From contig NC_068992.1 in assembly GCF_001194135.2 (NCBI RefSeq), forward strand, positions 33,354,929 to 33,418,928: a DNA stretch of 64,000 bases, read 5' to 3'. Positions 39,800 through 53,066 of this stretch are shown here, piece after piece; the stretch's first letter is position 1; the number at the start of each line of letters is the position of its first letter. A model generated the notes under the pieces. The model ran no database searches and was not told the origin of the DNA. It saw nothing but the letters and a program-made list of their open reading frames with translations. Position numbers and translations under genes: made by a program. This DNA comes from Octopus bimaculoides. Lineage: Eukaryota.

Positions 39800-40300
39800 A
39801 ATCATGAATAGATGAGTCCACTTAGATGTCAAGAGATACTAGTGTAAGAAGCAACTTCAGTAGAACTGTACTGATGGAAATGAATCATCAGTGATGTTCC
39901 TGGGATCAAGGGGAACTTCCAATCAAGTCTTTCCCCATCAGACTCCTTCACTCATTTGACCTACCTGGGTTTGATTGAATTCTAGCCTGCATTGCAGCAG
40001 CAACAAGCCTGTCCTCTTTTACTCAGGCCACCTAGTGGCTTTCTCTCAGGTTTATTGATGAATATATACTTCACTCTATTTTTGGCACTAGTGCAATCAG
40101 ATATTTGCAGAGTGAGCATTCCATAAAATCCTGGCAGACCACTTGAAATAATTTGCAGCAAACTTGCCATTCTCTTATTCAGCACTGCTTCACCAACTCC
40201 TGTTTTACAGCCAGCTTTCTCTCTTCCATTTATTCTTCTCAAGGAACAATCCTTCACTACATTGTCACATGCCTGAAAGACTCTAGGAAGATGGTCATGT
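39800..40300 (-). mobile_element. Decayed Tc1/mariner-superfamily transposase N-terminus
   Basis: One frame with stops: MEERKLAVKQELVKQ..VKEDRLVAAMQARIQSNPGRS, resembling the HTH region of maT-like transposases. Confidence 0.4.
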
Positions 40301-40936
40301 GTGGGTGAAGTGTGGTTTGTATAATGTATTCAAGAAAGTTAAAAAATATACAGAAACAATTTATCGAAAGGTGACCTGCCTTTGATAAATTTCATGAAAG
40401 CAAAGATTTCTGCACTGTCTATTTAACTAATTAGATTTGCTATGATAGTCACTATTACCATACATATACATTTACTGATAAAGTAAAACTTTAGGGAGAT
40501 GGATTAATGTATATCTGCACACATGGAATAATGGATACACACATCCATTAAAACAATGCAGTTAATTATCAAAATGCTGTGAATAAACAAACATTAAAAT
40601 ACAATTATTTCAAATTAATTGTAAAACAGAACAGTTAATTTCAATTATATTAATTAATTTGTATTTTTACATCTATCAAAATATTCAGCCCAAAGTAACC
40701 TCCACAGTTGATAAATTAATTTTCTCTGTGTAAAGAAACCAATAACCATCATCCACAATCCAAACAGGAGGATTTTACAAAGTTGTTTGAAAGGCTAACT
40801 GTGGAAGTCAAATCGTCCTTAAATCACACACTACTGCTTTAAAATCACAAAAGACATATTTAGCTAATGTAAGAGGTCTTTATAAATATGCACATGTCTG
40901 AGAGTGCCTATCTGTGTATGTGCATGTGCATATGTA

Positions 40937-41046
<110 letters not shown>

Positions 41047-41139
41047 TAAACAGACACACACGCATGTGCACACATGCATGCACATACATACATACAAACA
41101 CACACACACATGCACACACATATGTATGTATATCATTGT

Positions 41140-41950
41140 CAGCATTTACATGTTCTATGCTGGTATGGTTTAGGCCTTTTGACTAGATCCTATGGGCCTA
41201 AGGACTGCATTATGCTCCAATATCTGCTTTGGCATGGTTTCTACAGCCGGAGGCCCTACTTAATGCCAATAACTTTACAGTGTGTACTGGATGCTTTTTG
41301 TGTGTGTATCACCAGCACTAGTGCTGTTTGCAAGAACTATGAGCTCCCAGTGGGTGGGAGCTTGAAAGTGAGGATTAATAGTATGAGAGAAGGGATCAGA
41401 ACCGATCAAGTTTTTTTTTTTTTTTTTTTTTATGGAGGAGCTACATGACTCCTCATACTTCAGAAAAGCGTGTGAGAGTGACTGAGTGAAGCTGGAGAAT
41501 GATGAAGTAACAATGGGGAAGAGGTGTCAGGGTAGACATTCAAGACAAGAGGTGGGCAAAAGTGATTGGGGCAGAGGGCACAGGCTTGAGGAGGGAGAAT
41601 AGGAGATGAGTGACAATGTGGAGCAGCAGAATAGTAATGAGAAAACAGCTGACAGGAGAAGGACAAGAAAGGGATGCTGTTGGGTAACTTGCAAGAGTGA
41701 GTGGGGGAAGTAAAAGGCAAGTGTAGTGCATAAGAAGGGTGAGAGGCATATGATGGTGGAGGGAGGACAGCTAATTAGTAGCTTAGTGGGATCAGGTGTA
41801 CAATGAAAGTATGGGTAGAGAGAACATTGTTAATGGATGAAAGGTTGATAATAAGTAAGATGGTTCTGGGTTGTAAGCAAAGTGGTTTAAACGAAGAGTT
41901 GCATTTAGGAAAGTGATGGGTCATGAGTGTGTCTTGAGAAGGAAGGAAAG
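41140..41950 (-). mobile_element. RTE LINE long 3'UTR remnant
   Basis: Purine-rich mirror of the pyrimidine-rich 29800-30570 segment plus RTE tail motif. Confidence 0.6.
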
Positions 41951-41999
41951 TCACACTCTGATTCTACTACATTTCCTGTGTATACATAGGTTACCTTGA

Positions 42000-42501
42000 G
42001 TGCAACATATGGAGTTTATACCTACTCTTTTTCTGCATGTCAAACAAAATCATTTCCCTGAAGATACCAGGGTCATTTCTTCTTTCCTACTTACTAAAAT
42101 CTTTGTCTTTGCTAGGTTTACCTCAAGATATCTCACTTATATGTTTAGTTTCCACATCTATGAGAACTACAACATCAGTATATAGGAGTTCCCATGGGCA
42201 TCCAGTCTTAAAATCCTCTATGATGAATAAGAGAGGTAATAGTACTGAACCTTTATGACCTCCAAACTTCAAATTAATTTCATAACTTAAATCACTTTTA
42301 CCCTGCACACATAAGTGAAGACAGGGTATTCTAATCACTCATCTTTGTCTGTTTGTCTGTGTGTTTGCAAGAATACTGTAAAACAGCTGAATGAATTTTC
42401 ACCAAATTTGGCAGAAATACTTATTGGGTGAATGGCACAAAATGATGAAAACTTGGTTTGATTATCTTCAGACATACATAAATACATACATAGATGTGTG
42501 A

Positions 42502-42544
<43 letters not shown>

Positions 42545-44000
42545 GTGATGGATTTGAGGGATTCGTTTATATACAAGTTGATTTCTTAATTTCACTATAT
42601 AGGTATATATATATATATATATATACCTATAATAGTGGTAAAAAAAAACTTCAAATCAAACTTACAAATTTCCCGATGAGCAAGTGATCTTATTATTTAT
42701 ATCCTACAACGAACTACAGTATTTTTGATTCACCTGCCATCATTGAAAGACACTGGAAACACTCAAATTCTATGCAATATTTCTATAAGCATTTCATTTT
42801 GTTCATTTTGTTCTTCAAAATCATGATTATTATTTGAATAATCATTTATTTACTCATATGCAAATTATATGTTGAACTTTCCAAAACAACCTTTGACTTT
42901 CTTTGTCAATTTGTATTTTAGCATTTCACTGTCAATCCATTGGAATAGAAAGTCTCTTTTGCTTTTGAACATACATAATTCTTCAATGAAAAATTGGAGA
43001 AGAATCTCCATTTTAAGTTATTTTTTCTGAATTTTAATTCCAGACCCCCTAAAATAACATTCAAATTTCTTTCCCAACTCGTATTTTAACATTTTTGTGA
43101 AAACCAATCGAAATATAAGTAGTTTCTTCAATGTGCATGGTTCTTCACTGCAAATGAAAAATAAAAACTATTTTTTCACTTGTACCATATTTCTTTTAAC
43201 TTTGATCAGATTTTTGGATTGAAAAAAAAAAGAAAAATTTTAATTTATCTGCACACAAGGTATGCATCGCCTCTCCAATGCCTTTTTCCCATCACTCTAA
43301 ATTTACTTATTGCATCTTCCTACATAACTTGTACATCCTTTGAAAGCCATTTGTCTACACCTAATTTCTTCAATGACCATCAAATTATTGGGTGTGATGC
43401 ACTGTTAAATGCTTTCTCCAAATAAACAAAAGCCATGAATAATGGTTTAGTTTTAATTAGAAAAATTGCATCGTATGGGACATTTCTGGAGACAAAGCCA
43501 AACTGCATCTCATCTAGGTCTCCTCTATCATGGACTAATTGTGCTATGATTCTCTTCATGATCTCCATAACCTAATCTAGTAGATTGTTTCCTCTATAGT
43601 CCTGACTTTCTAATACATCTTTCCTTTTGTAGAAATTTACAATGATATAGCTATGTCAGTCATTGGGTATGAAATCTTCATGTATGACTATTAGCTATTC
43701 AAGAAGTAATTGCATGTCCTCCCGCACCAGATATTTTAGGAATCTCTACAACTATCCTTGATGGACATGTGGCTTTCTCTCTTTTCCTGCCCTTGATTTC
43801 ACTATCTACCATACTGTTGTTATCGTCAATTTCTGATACCTTGGTAGGGTCAGCAAGAAGCAGCTCCTCCTTTATCCCATGTATTCTCCCTGTTCAGCAG
43901 CATTTCATAATAGCAGTTCCATACCATATTTTTGTTTCCATAGTAATGGCCTTCATCATCCTAAATAGTCTTCTCACAAATGATATCTCAGTACTCACCC
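42000..44000 (-). mobile_element. RTE reverse-transcriptase fragments (~42000-42330 and ~43240-44000)
   Basis: LDEMQFGFVSR..FMAFVYLEKAFN; SVLLPLLFII..CPWELLY.D. Confidence 0.7.
42666..42703 (-). CDS. Candidate exon 2 (38 nt)
   Basis: ttcgttgtag|GATATA...GAAATTT|gtaagt. Only one open frame: DINNKITCSSGN(L). Confidence 0.3.
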
Positions 44001-44399
44001 ACACATTATCTCACTGGTTGTGTGATAAAAAGTGTTATAATGTGGGAATAAATAATGATTTTGTGCTCAGATAATGATTTCATTAATGAACAAAAAATAT
44101 TGCAATAATTCTAAAATAAACTGCAAAATTGTAAACTGTAATTTCAGTCGTTTACGATGTAAATGAATAAGATAATACAAAAAAGTGCCCCAAGGTAAAA
44201 AAGAACTAATCTATAAAACGAGTTAATGTATAACAAATATAACCTAATAGAGTCAATAAGATGTCGCTCAGTTGGTTGAACAGGTGTAAGCTAAATGATA
44301 AAGAATATGGGAGTAGGAAAACACGTGATAGAATTGTGTCAAATGATTGGATAAACAAAAATAGACAATTAATAAACAATGTTTTGTGTCAAGACAACT

Positions 44400-46200
44400 G
44401 GAGTTATCTTATCTCTCCTTTTATTCAACGATGAACAGTTGGTATATGAATAAGTGTTATTTTGAGGGTTTACCTGCATGTGTTCTGCAGGTTTTCTGTT
44501 TTGACAGATTTTTAAAAATTTTGATGAAGTGGTTTCTGAGTTTGAATATCTTGAGTTTTCATATTTCCTTGATCTTGATTCATATATAGTGGTATTGATT
44601 GTTTTCTCTTCCATCTTAACTGGTTAATATGCTGCGTCAAGGTGAACGGTTCAACTAATACTTTATATATGATGTTACTTCTCTGCTTTATCACCAGACC
44701 ATCTTGTCACTTGGGATGATATGGTCTAATATCAAATACGTATACTAGAATTTGTCTTTGAAACCTTATTTCTAGAGATGACTTATTCACAGGCAGAGCA
44801 GAATTTGGTATTATTCAGTAGTTCATTAAAAATAGTTGTAAATTTTCTTCTAACTTGCCACTCCCTTCAATTTGGATAATGAATGCTTAAGGGTATCCAG
44901 GGATCTCTCTGCTAATCCATTGGATTGAGGATGATATGGAACAGTTCTTAAACGATCCATGGCATTTTTCTTAGAAAATGTTGTGAATTCTAGGGAAGTG
45001 AATTATGGACCCTTATCCAACACTAAAACCAGAAGGTGACCAAAATATTTGAAAAAACTTGGTATAGCTTTTGTATTGTGAATGAAATTGTTGTTTGATA
45101 CATAATGAAAACCTTTGACCATTTAAATAATGCATTGACCATGATTAAAAAGTAGTTACCATTATGAGGTCCCACAAAATTTGTGTACTCTATACCATGG
45201 TATTTTCAGAACTGACCAAGGAATTCTTACCTGAACAGATAATTTTGAGTCTTTTGCACATTTTGAACATGCTTGCACAAGAGACTCAATATCTTTTGCC
45301 AAGTCCTGGCCAATAAATGTTATGTCTTGCTAAAGCCTTCATTCTTGAAGTTCTTGGATGGTGTTGCATGAAATTGGTTGAATAGCAACTTTTTAAGACT
45401 GTTTAAAATAACATGATTAGCAATCATTAAACAGTCATCAACAACTGAAAGATGTTTCAAATAGAATAGTTACATATCTTCATTGCAGATTTTTTCTGTG
45501 TCGCTATACCTACGATATTTAATAACTTCTTGTAGAACAAGTTCATTTCAAGTTTCTTGTTTCACCAGCTCTAAAGTAGCAGGTAAAAATTTGATTAAAT
45601 CCATTAGCACTTGGTGGATCTCAGCTTCAATTTGTATGAGCCATTGCAATGTTTTCAGTCATTGCTGAATTTCCAGATTTTGAACCAAATATTTTCAAGA
45701 GTGGTTTATGGTCAGTATGAAGAGCAAATGTTTTACCCTGTATCATGCAATGAAGTTTTTTCACTGCATAAACAAGTGCCAATACTTTCTTTTTTCTAAT
45801 TGTAAATATTTCTTTTCAACTTTTGGTAGACTTTTAGAAGCATGCATAACTGGCTTATATAACCCATTAACCATTTTATGCAAGAGCACTGCTCCAATTC
45901 TGTAATCTGATGCATCTGCAGCAATGATAAGCTCTTTTGCTAGGATCAAAATGTGTCGATATCAGATTGGAAGAAAGTATTTCTTTGAATTTCTTGAATG
46001 ATTCTTGACATTGTGGAGACCAGTCCCATTTTAGATTGCTAACAAATAATGAGTTTAGTGAACTTCTTATTTGATGCATGTTAAGCATAAATGAGCATAA
46101 ATGTGATAACTAACCATTTGTAAAAAAAAATGTGGCTTAGCTATGTCAGTGCTTGATAATTGCTGTTTTTTTAAGAATGTTCAATACACCAAAGAACTGT
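44400..46200 (-). mobile_element. Gypsy/Ty3 pol remnant (RNase H + integrase), no LTRs seen
   Basis: LIIAADASDYRIGAVL, HTDHKPL, HPRTSRMKALARHNIYWPG..C..C. Confidence 0.85.
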
Positions 46201-47055
46201 AACAGGCATTTATATAGCATCTTATTTAGAAAAATAATTATCATGCAGTAATTATGCAAATTACTACAGGATTTAGAGAAGATGCTTACAAAACTTCATT
46301 ACCAAAATGATGAGGACGACAATGACAATGGTGATGACAATGCTTGTGACTATTGCTTAAAAGATAAGCCATTATAATGTGATAACTTTGATAGAGACAC
46401 TGTTTTCTTAACACCTAGATCACAGCCTTTAAGTTACATTAGGGAAGAAACATATTTTGCCAGTTCTGCATAACAGATGCGATGTTAAAACATCTAAAAA
46501 ACAATGCTGCAGTAACAAAAAAAAACCCTACTACTTTCTCTAGTGATTTCTATGAAATAACAAAACTTTCAGAAATTAACCCCGTATTAACTTACGAATA
46601 AAACCCATAAACACCTTAAACTTTAAGCAATTCATTTTATTCCCTTTAGAATATTCTCACCCTCGTAAAAAAAAAAAAAAAGAAATCACAGAAAAATTAA
46701 AGGCATATTCAGAATGACCAAAATAAAATATAAAAATTGTCATGCCTTCTAGCTAACTAGCCAGTATATTCATATTCTTTCTTTTGGCTTACTGACCTTT
46801 GTATCATTAAAAAATATTGTCTTCTTCCCCTTAATTAGATAACAATAATAATGCATGGGAGTTGCTCACTGCATTAACATCTTATTTATTTTCTTCTTCA
46901 TTTCAACACATATATCTCTAATTAGTGACATAATTCAGAAATATTTTACATGAATTGGCTTTCTCTGGAGGCTTTCAAAAGAGCCATTAAGCTGTCTCTC
47001 CTTTGAAAGGAGGAAAATTCCAATTACAGCAAGTATATGAAGAAGAAAATTCATG

Positions 47056-47091
<36 letters not shown>

Positions 47092-47094
47092 TAA

Positions 47095-47164
<70 letters not shown>

Positions 47165-48734
47165 GTGTATATCTATATATGCATATATGTATGTATATGC
47201 ATTGCCTACATATACATATATGTGTGTATGTGTATGTGTGTGTATTTGATATATATATAAAATATATCATATATTGAAGAGTACTGGAAAATGTTCTAAG
47301 ATCACAGAGAGAGAAAAAATGATATCTATATGTTAGTAAGTGCAATTAATGATATGAAATCAGGGAAAGCTGGTGGACCATTAGAAATAGTCATTGAGAT
47401 GGTGAAATATCCTGTGAAGGAGTATACATGCATGCTATTTCATAGTCAATCAGGTAGTACAGGGAGGCGTTTTAACCAATGACTGGCATAGCATAGCATT
47501 AAACTAATGAACTAGGTTGTGAAAGTAAGAGTTATAGCACAGCTTGATTAGGAAAATTTATAGCTTATATCCGATGCAGTTTGAACTTGTGCCAATATAG
47601 GCAAGCAGTGAGGCTCTCTTCCTCGTGAGACAAATACAGAAGAAAATTATGACCAAGTGAAGCATTATATATTTGTCATTTGTTAATGTGAAGATGTAAA
47701 GAAATGGCTTATTAGAATTGTGGGAACCATGAACAAATAAGCCATCAACAAGTCAAAAGTTGCTAAAGTGTTTGTGAAAAATTTAGCATAAAGATAGGGT
47801 ATCTATCAGAGCTTGCTTTACAGGTTTCATTTTATAGTTTTCCAGTTTATTACAAGGGAGCTTGAAAACAGAACATCTGTATGCTAAAGGCTTAGCTCCA
47901 TGTAAAATAGGAAGATCTGGTGATGAAATTCCAATCATGGGAGCAATAATTTGAATTGAAGCACCTCAAAATCAGAATAGTTTTCAACTAGAAATATACT
48001 GACATTATAGAAGTAACCAGTGCTTGATATGCAAAAAAAAAAAAAAAAAAAAATCAGCAGGTAAGAATTCAACACTGTGCACACAATGTGAATTGTATGT
48101 GCACATGTAGTGTAGTGGTATCACAGGTAATCTGACAAAAAAGAAAAAAAATTGACATTAAAGGAAAAACAATCTGTTTTTTCTGGAGATAAGAGAAGAC
48201 CTACAGGTATATATTTCTGCCTCAGTAGACAACATCAATACATTAGCTGTCCAACCTTGATTCTAAATATACATGTGTGTGTGTGTGTGTGCATGTATGC
48301 GCATGTGCGTGAGTGTATGCACGCGTGTGTGTATCATTTTGTGATTGTATGTGTCTTACTCTTAAATAAAAGTAAAATTTATGAAGCACAGTCAACAGGT
48401 AGACATACAGGACATGACACAAACAAGATCAGCAGCTGCTAACTCAAGGTCAAGGCAATTCCAGCACATTAAACAACCAAGTTTCACACTTGCCCCAAGA
48501 TAGGACAACAAGTACACAAAACTACATGAAAGAATAACTTTTCAAGTGAAGATGAACTTATGAAGGATATTAAACAGGGAGATGCCTTGACAAGAAGAAG
48601 ACGAAGAAGAAAAATAGTAAAGTAGATATCTGGACGTTAGCCTTCAATGAAAGAGAGAGACAGGATGGATAACAAAGTGACCTGCAGCAGGTCAAAAGTC
48701 AAAAGCAGAATGAAGCAGGCCAGGCAGTGGAATA

Positions 48735-49759
48735 CAGTGTGTACCAAAAGTCACTGATGGGTTTCAATTCTTAATAACTTCCTTAACTTTGCAAATAAAT
48801 GCATGAAATTTTGATACAATATAAAGAACATGATGACAATTAATATGCACAAGTCAAATTTTGCAACACTACTACATCACATATGACAAATGACATTGCT
48901 TAAATGGTAGCTACTTTTGGCTTTGCATGCCCATGCTCTTTCCAAAATTTGCACCATAACACTCTCAAGAGTTTCAGATCCCATTTCTCTGATTTCTCTA
49001 TTGACTTTTTCCTACAGTTGTACCAAGATCTCCAGTTTGTTGCCATAAATCCTCTCTTTCAGGTATCCCCACAAGAAAAACTCTGGTGAACATGAAGTCC
49101 AGTTGACATTGCCATAGCGGGAGATTATTCTCTCTCCAAAGCACTGCCATAGCAACAGCATTGTTTCTCTTGTGCTATAAGCAGTTGCCCCATCTTGCTG
49201 GAACCATGTGTGAGGTCTACTTTGAATGGCTTGGTGCAAAAAGGTCTCGATTGTGGATACTTGAAAGAGAGGGTTTATGTCAACAAACTGGAGATACTGG
49301 TGCAACTGAAGGAGAACATTAATTGAGAAATCAAAGAAGTGGTGTCTGAAGCTCTTGAGGGTGTTATGGTGCAAGTTTTGGAAAGAGCACGGGTGCCATT
49401 TAAGCGATGTCATTTTTTATATATGATGTAGAGGTGTTGCAAAATTAGACTCATGCATATTGATTTTTATTATGTCCTTTATATTTGCTGTGGCAGACGT
49501 CCCCAGGCGAGAAATGGGCTGGTCCACTACTAATAAATAGTGGGCTGACACAGTCAGTAGAGTCAGTCAGCAAAGGTATGCCATTCAGACCAGTCCTATA
49601 GAGACAACAAAATACGGCGTCATCATGGGACATATCAGTGGTGACGAGGGTTCAGACAATATCGCCACTGGGACATTGTGTCAAATTTCATACATTTATT
49701 TGTAAAGTTAGGGAAGTTATAAAAAACTGAAACCCATCAGTAACTTTTGGGACACCTTG
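48735..49759. mobile_element. Foldback Tc1/mariner-superfamily (maT/rosa-like) derivative made of two transposase 3' ends
   Basis: TA flanks; inverted arms ~48735-49065 versus ~49254-49759; WFQQDGAT..FFLWGYLKERIY on minus and GYLKERVY on plus. Confidence 0.85.
49489..49675. mobile_element. Probable solo LTR (187 bp) nested in the foldback arm
   Basis: TGT...ACA ends, internal aataaa, degenerate 4-bp TSD ttgc/ttgt; absent from the opposite arm. Confidence 0.6.
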
Positions 49760-50909
49760 TATAATTATGAGAAGATATACAAGTATTGTGGGAAGATTAA
49801 AATCAAGCAGATAAGGAGATAAAGAGAGAGAGAGAACTTGACAGAGCAAAAAACAGGTGAAGGAAAGAAGGGAGTGAGAGAGAAAAGCAATTAGGCAGAG
49901 GTGGTTGCTGAAAAATGATATAAACGTAAATTAAAAATATTTTGAGTGACATTACTATCAAATAGAAGAAAAGTTAATAAACCATAAACAACAAATAAAA
50001 CAATAGGAAAAGATACTATACTCTTTCATCAGCTGCTGAGTTAGGTTCATAACAACAAGAATTGCACACTTGCCCCCAGTGTGCCTGAGTTTGAGCGTCA
50101 AGTCAGGATTACAAAAAGTACACAAAATTGAAAGAAAAATTAACTCTTAAGGCTGCAATGAATGTAACACAATGATATTGCAGAGGATATTGAGCAGTGA
50201 TGTCTCTTACTGTTCTTTCAAACTAAATTCATCAAAATTCTTTTGTTATATATTTTTCTCTTCTGTTTCTAGATTGTAAAGTAAAACCAAATTATTGTTT
50301 AGTGTGTATATACTTAATACAGGATAGGTATTAATTGTCTGTGCAGCACTAATGGTGTAGTAGTACTTATAGTTAGTGCATGCTGATCCTCTCTGCTTTC
50401 AGATCCTGTATCCAGATAACCATCTTCATAAATTTTCTTTGATATGTAAACTTTCTACCCAATCTCTCACACCAAGAATCTAGCACTGTCTCCTCATGGT
50501 TACACATGGTAGCTGAGTACTTTGTGATCCCATTCTAAAGTATAATGCATCTCAGAGCAGGCAGGCCTTCATGTATATGGGCATGCACTGGCATCACTCA
50601 GCTGTTGTTTTATTTATGGACAAGACACAGATGTGACCAGTCCATTAATGGAAACTCATTTGGGAGAAAATCACTCTAATCAAAAGCCATAAATGCTGTT
50701 CCCGCCTTGCTCTATATGTCATATGAAGGTTCTCTGTATAAAAACTGGATAAGGGCCTATGTCTAAAAGGACAGGAGCAGCAATATGAGGAGCATTGCAA
50801 AGACTAACAATGGAGAAACCAACTACTGAAAATATCTAATGAGAATCTTTGTGGCAGACTGAGATGCTTGGAAGCACCACTGGGAAACATGTCTGCTGAT
50901 GATCTAAAT

Positions 50910-51241
50910 CAGGGGTTCACAACTCTTTTTATCTATGGACCCCTTTGATTATTATTTTATTCTGGTGAATCTCCAAAGCCATTTGATGCTTAGAAACTTC
51001 CTTCAGAATTCCTATTTTGTTTTTCCTATTTTGTTGTGTAGGTTGAACTATGTAAAATGTTAGAGAAAGAAACCCAGCTGTTTCTTGTAATACTTACCAA
51101 GACATATATCTAATGCAAAATGCTTTCAGGGGCCCTAAAAATATTTTTATGGATCTCTAACTTACTATTTTATTGTGTGAACCCACCAAGAATATTATAT
51201 GGATCCTCAGTGGTCATATGTACCCTAGTTGAGAACCACTG
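50910..51241. mobile_element. hAT (Charlie-like) MITE
   Basis: TIRs caggggttcacaac and (rc) cagtggttctcaac; perfect 8-bp TSD atctaaat. Confidence 0.92.
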
Positions 51242-52247
51242 ATCTAAATAGGGACTGACACCTTTTGATGTCATAAAGGCACTGAATGGAATGGTGATAA
51301 TGATTCGACAGTCTAGTGATGAGGTTATGTAGTGATATTAGGTAACTCTTTTACTGGCTTCTGGAATTCAATAAAAAAAAGTTAAAAATCACTGCTTCAC
51401 AAGGTTCCTTGACCTGCTAGAAAAAGGAGCTATTTCTCCTCAAATAAAGAGAATTATATTAAATAATGTAACACTTGATATTTTTTCTGAAGTATGCAAA
51501 TGGGATGAATGTAGTTGTAATGCCTTTGAATGTAAGTCTGATCAATCAGAGCCAGTGTGGAGCTGATTGACATCAAGAGCATTTAAGAATATCATCTCAT
51601 GGTAAACACAACATAAAACAAAGTTAAATATCTTCAAATAGTAATTATTTTCGATGTTGTCTTTAAATTAATATGTTTAACAATATTGATGCTGTTCTTT
51701 TTTATCCAACAATCAATGTCATGTGTAATACAGTCTGACATTATATAGATGTTGTTCTCTTTGTTCCACAATCTATGGCATGTATAATATAGCAATAAAA
51801 CAAAGCAATTTGAAAGACAACTACAATAGCAAATTTAGTTAGAATTTTATTTTGCTTTTTGTTTTTGTTTTTGTTTTTCTTTTCAGCTAAAACATTACCA
51901 TTTCAAGTTTGTTTCTATGAAACCTTATCTCCCTAATTTCAAACATAGAATATTTAAATTGCATACAAAATATTTGCTATATATTTATTTCGTTATTTTT
52001 TTTTTTAAGTCACTATGATTTTAGATAATAGTCTTAGTGAAGCCTGACAAAGAAAATACCTAATTTTCACTCAACAATTTTTTTAGTTTGTATTGTTAAT
52101 TAAATTTTTCTCTCATCTTTATGACACCCGAAAGCTAATGTTTCATTTTCTTTGGACAAACATATTATTATTACCTATTTATTATTCAGCATTTACTTGG
52201 GATAAATACACATGTATACAGACAAAACACACACACATGCACACACA

Positions 52248-52300
<53 letters not shown>

Positions 52301-52910
52301 CATAGGTGCAGGCATAGTTGTGTGGTGGTTATGAATTTTGCATAGCAACCATGTGCTTTCAGTTTCCATTTCACTATATGGTAGTTTTGCAAGTGTCTCC
52401 TACCATTGCTTTAGCCTGTCGAATACCATGTGAGTGAAATAAAGGTTAATGTAACTTGTACAGCTCAATGCATGTGTGTGCATACATGCATGCGTGCACA
52501 TACATGTGTGAGTGTGTGCATCTGTGTGCATGTGTATGTGAGCATATGTATGTCCCTGCATGCATGTGTGTGCATGTGTATGTGTGTATGTGTGGGCATG
52601 CATGCATGTGTATATGCAAGAGTTTGTCTTCCACATATTTCCAAACTGGTACTGTTTGAGCAACAATATCTTTGGCCCCTACTTCATTAGTTTTTTGTGG
52701 AGAGCAGTAAGAAAAATACCTTATTTGAAAACAAGTAGAGGTTGGTGACAAGACTGAATCTAGTTGTATAATTCTGTTTCAATAACTCTTGTCCATTCCA
52801 TGGAAAAATTGGACATAAATGCAATCATGATGGCAATGAGGCATACAATATAAATACACATTCATACCTCTGATTGAATACAAACAAATACCTGTACAAA
52901 ACCACGCACG

Positions 52911-52965
<55 letters not shown>

Positions 52966-53066
52966 GCACATACACACACACACACATAATATGAGGTGAG
53001 GAATTTTGTGTTGCTGTGTCTGGGAATGAAGAGGGTATAGCTTTGTTAATCTATACACAAACAGAC

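Noticed and set aside
39964-40273. Large minus-strand exon with a good donor (ORF 39982-40257)
   Set aside because: A different frame with stops resembles a decayed transposase N-terminus, and the ORF frame stops before the donor.
40698-40725. Extra 26-nt candidate exon (RKLIYQLW)
   Set aside because: Weak donor (gttact); it is phase-compatible only as an alternative to exon 42666-42703.
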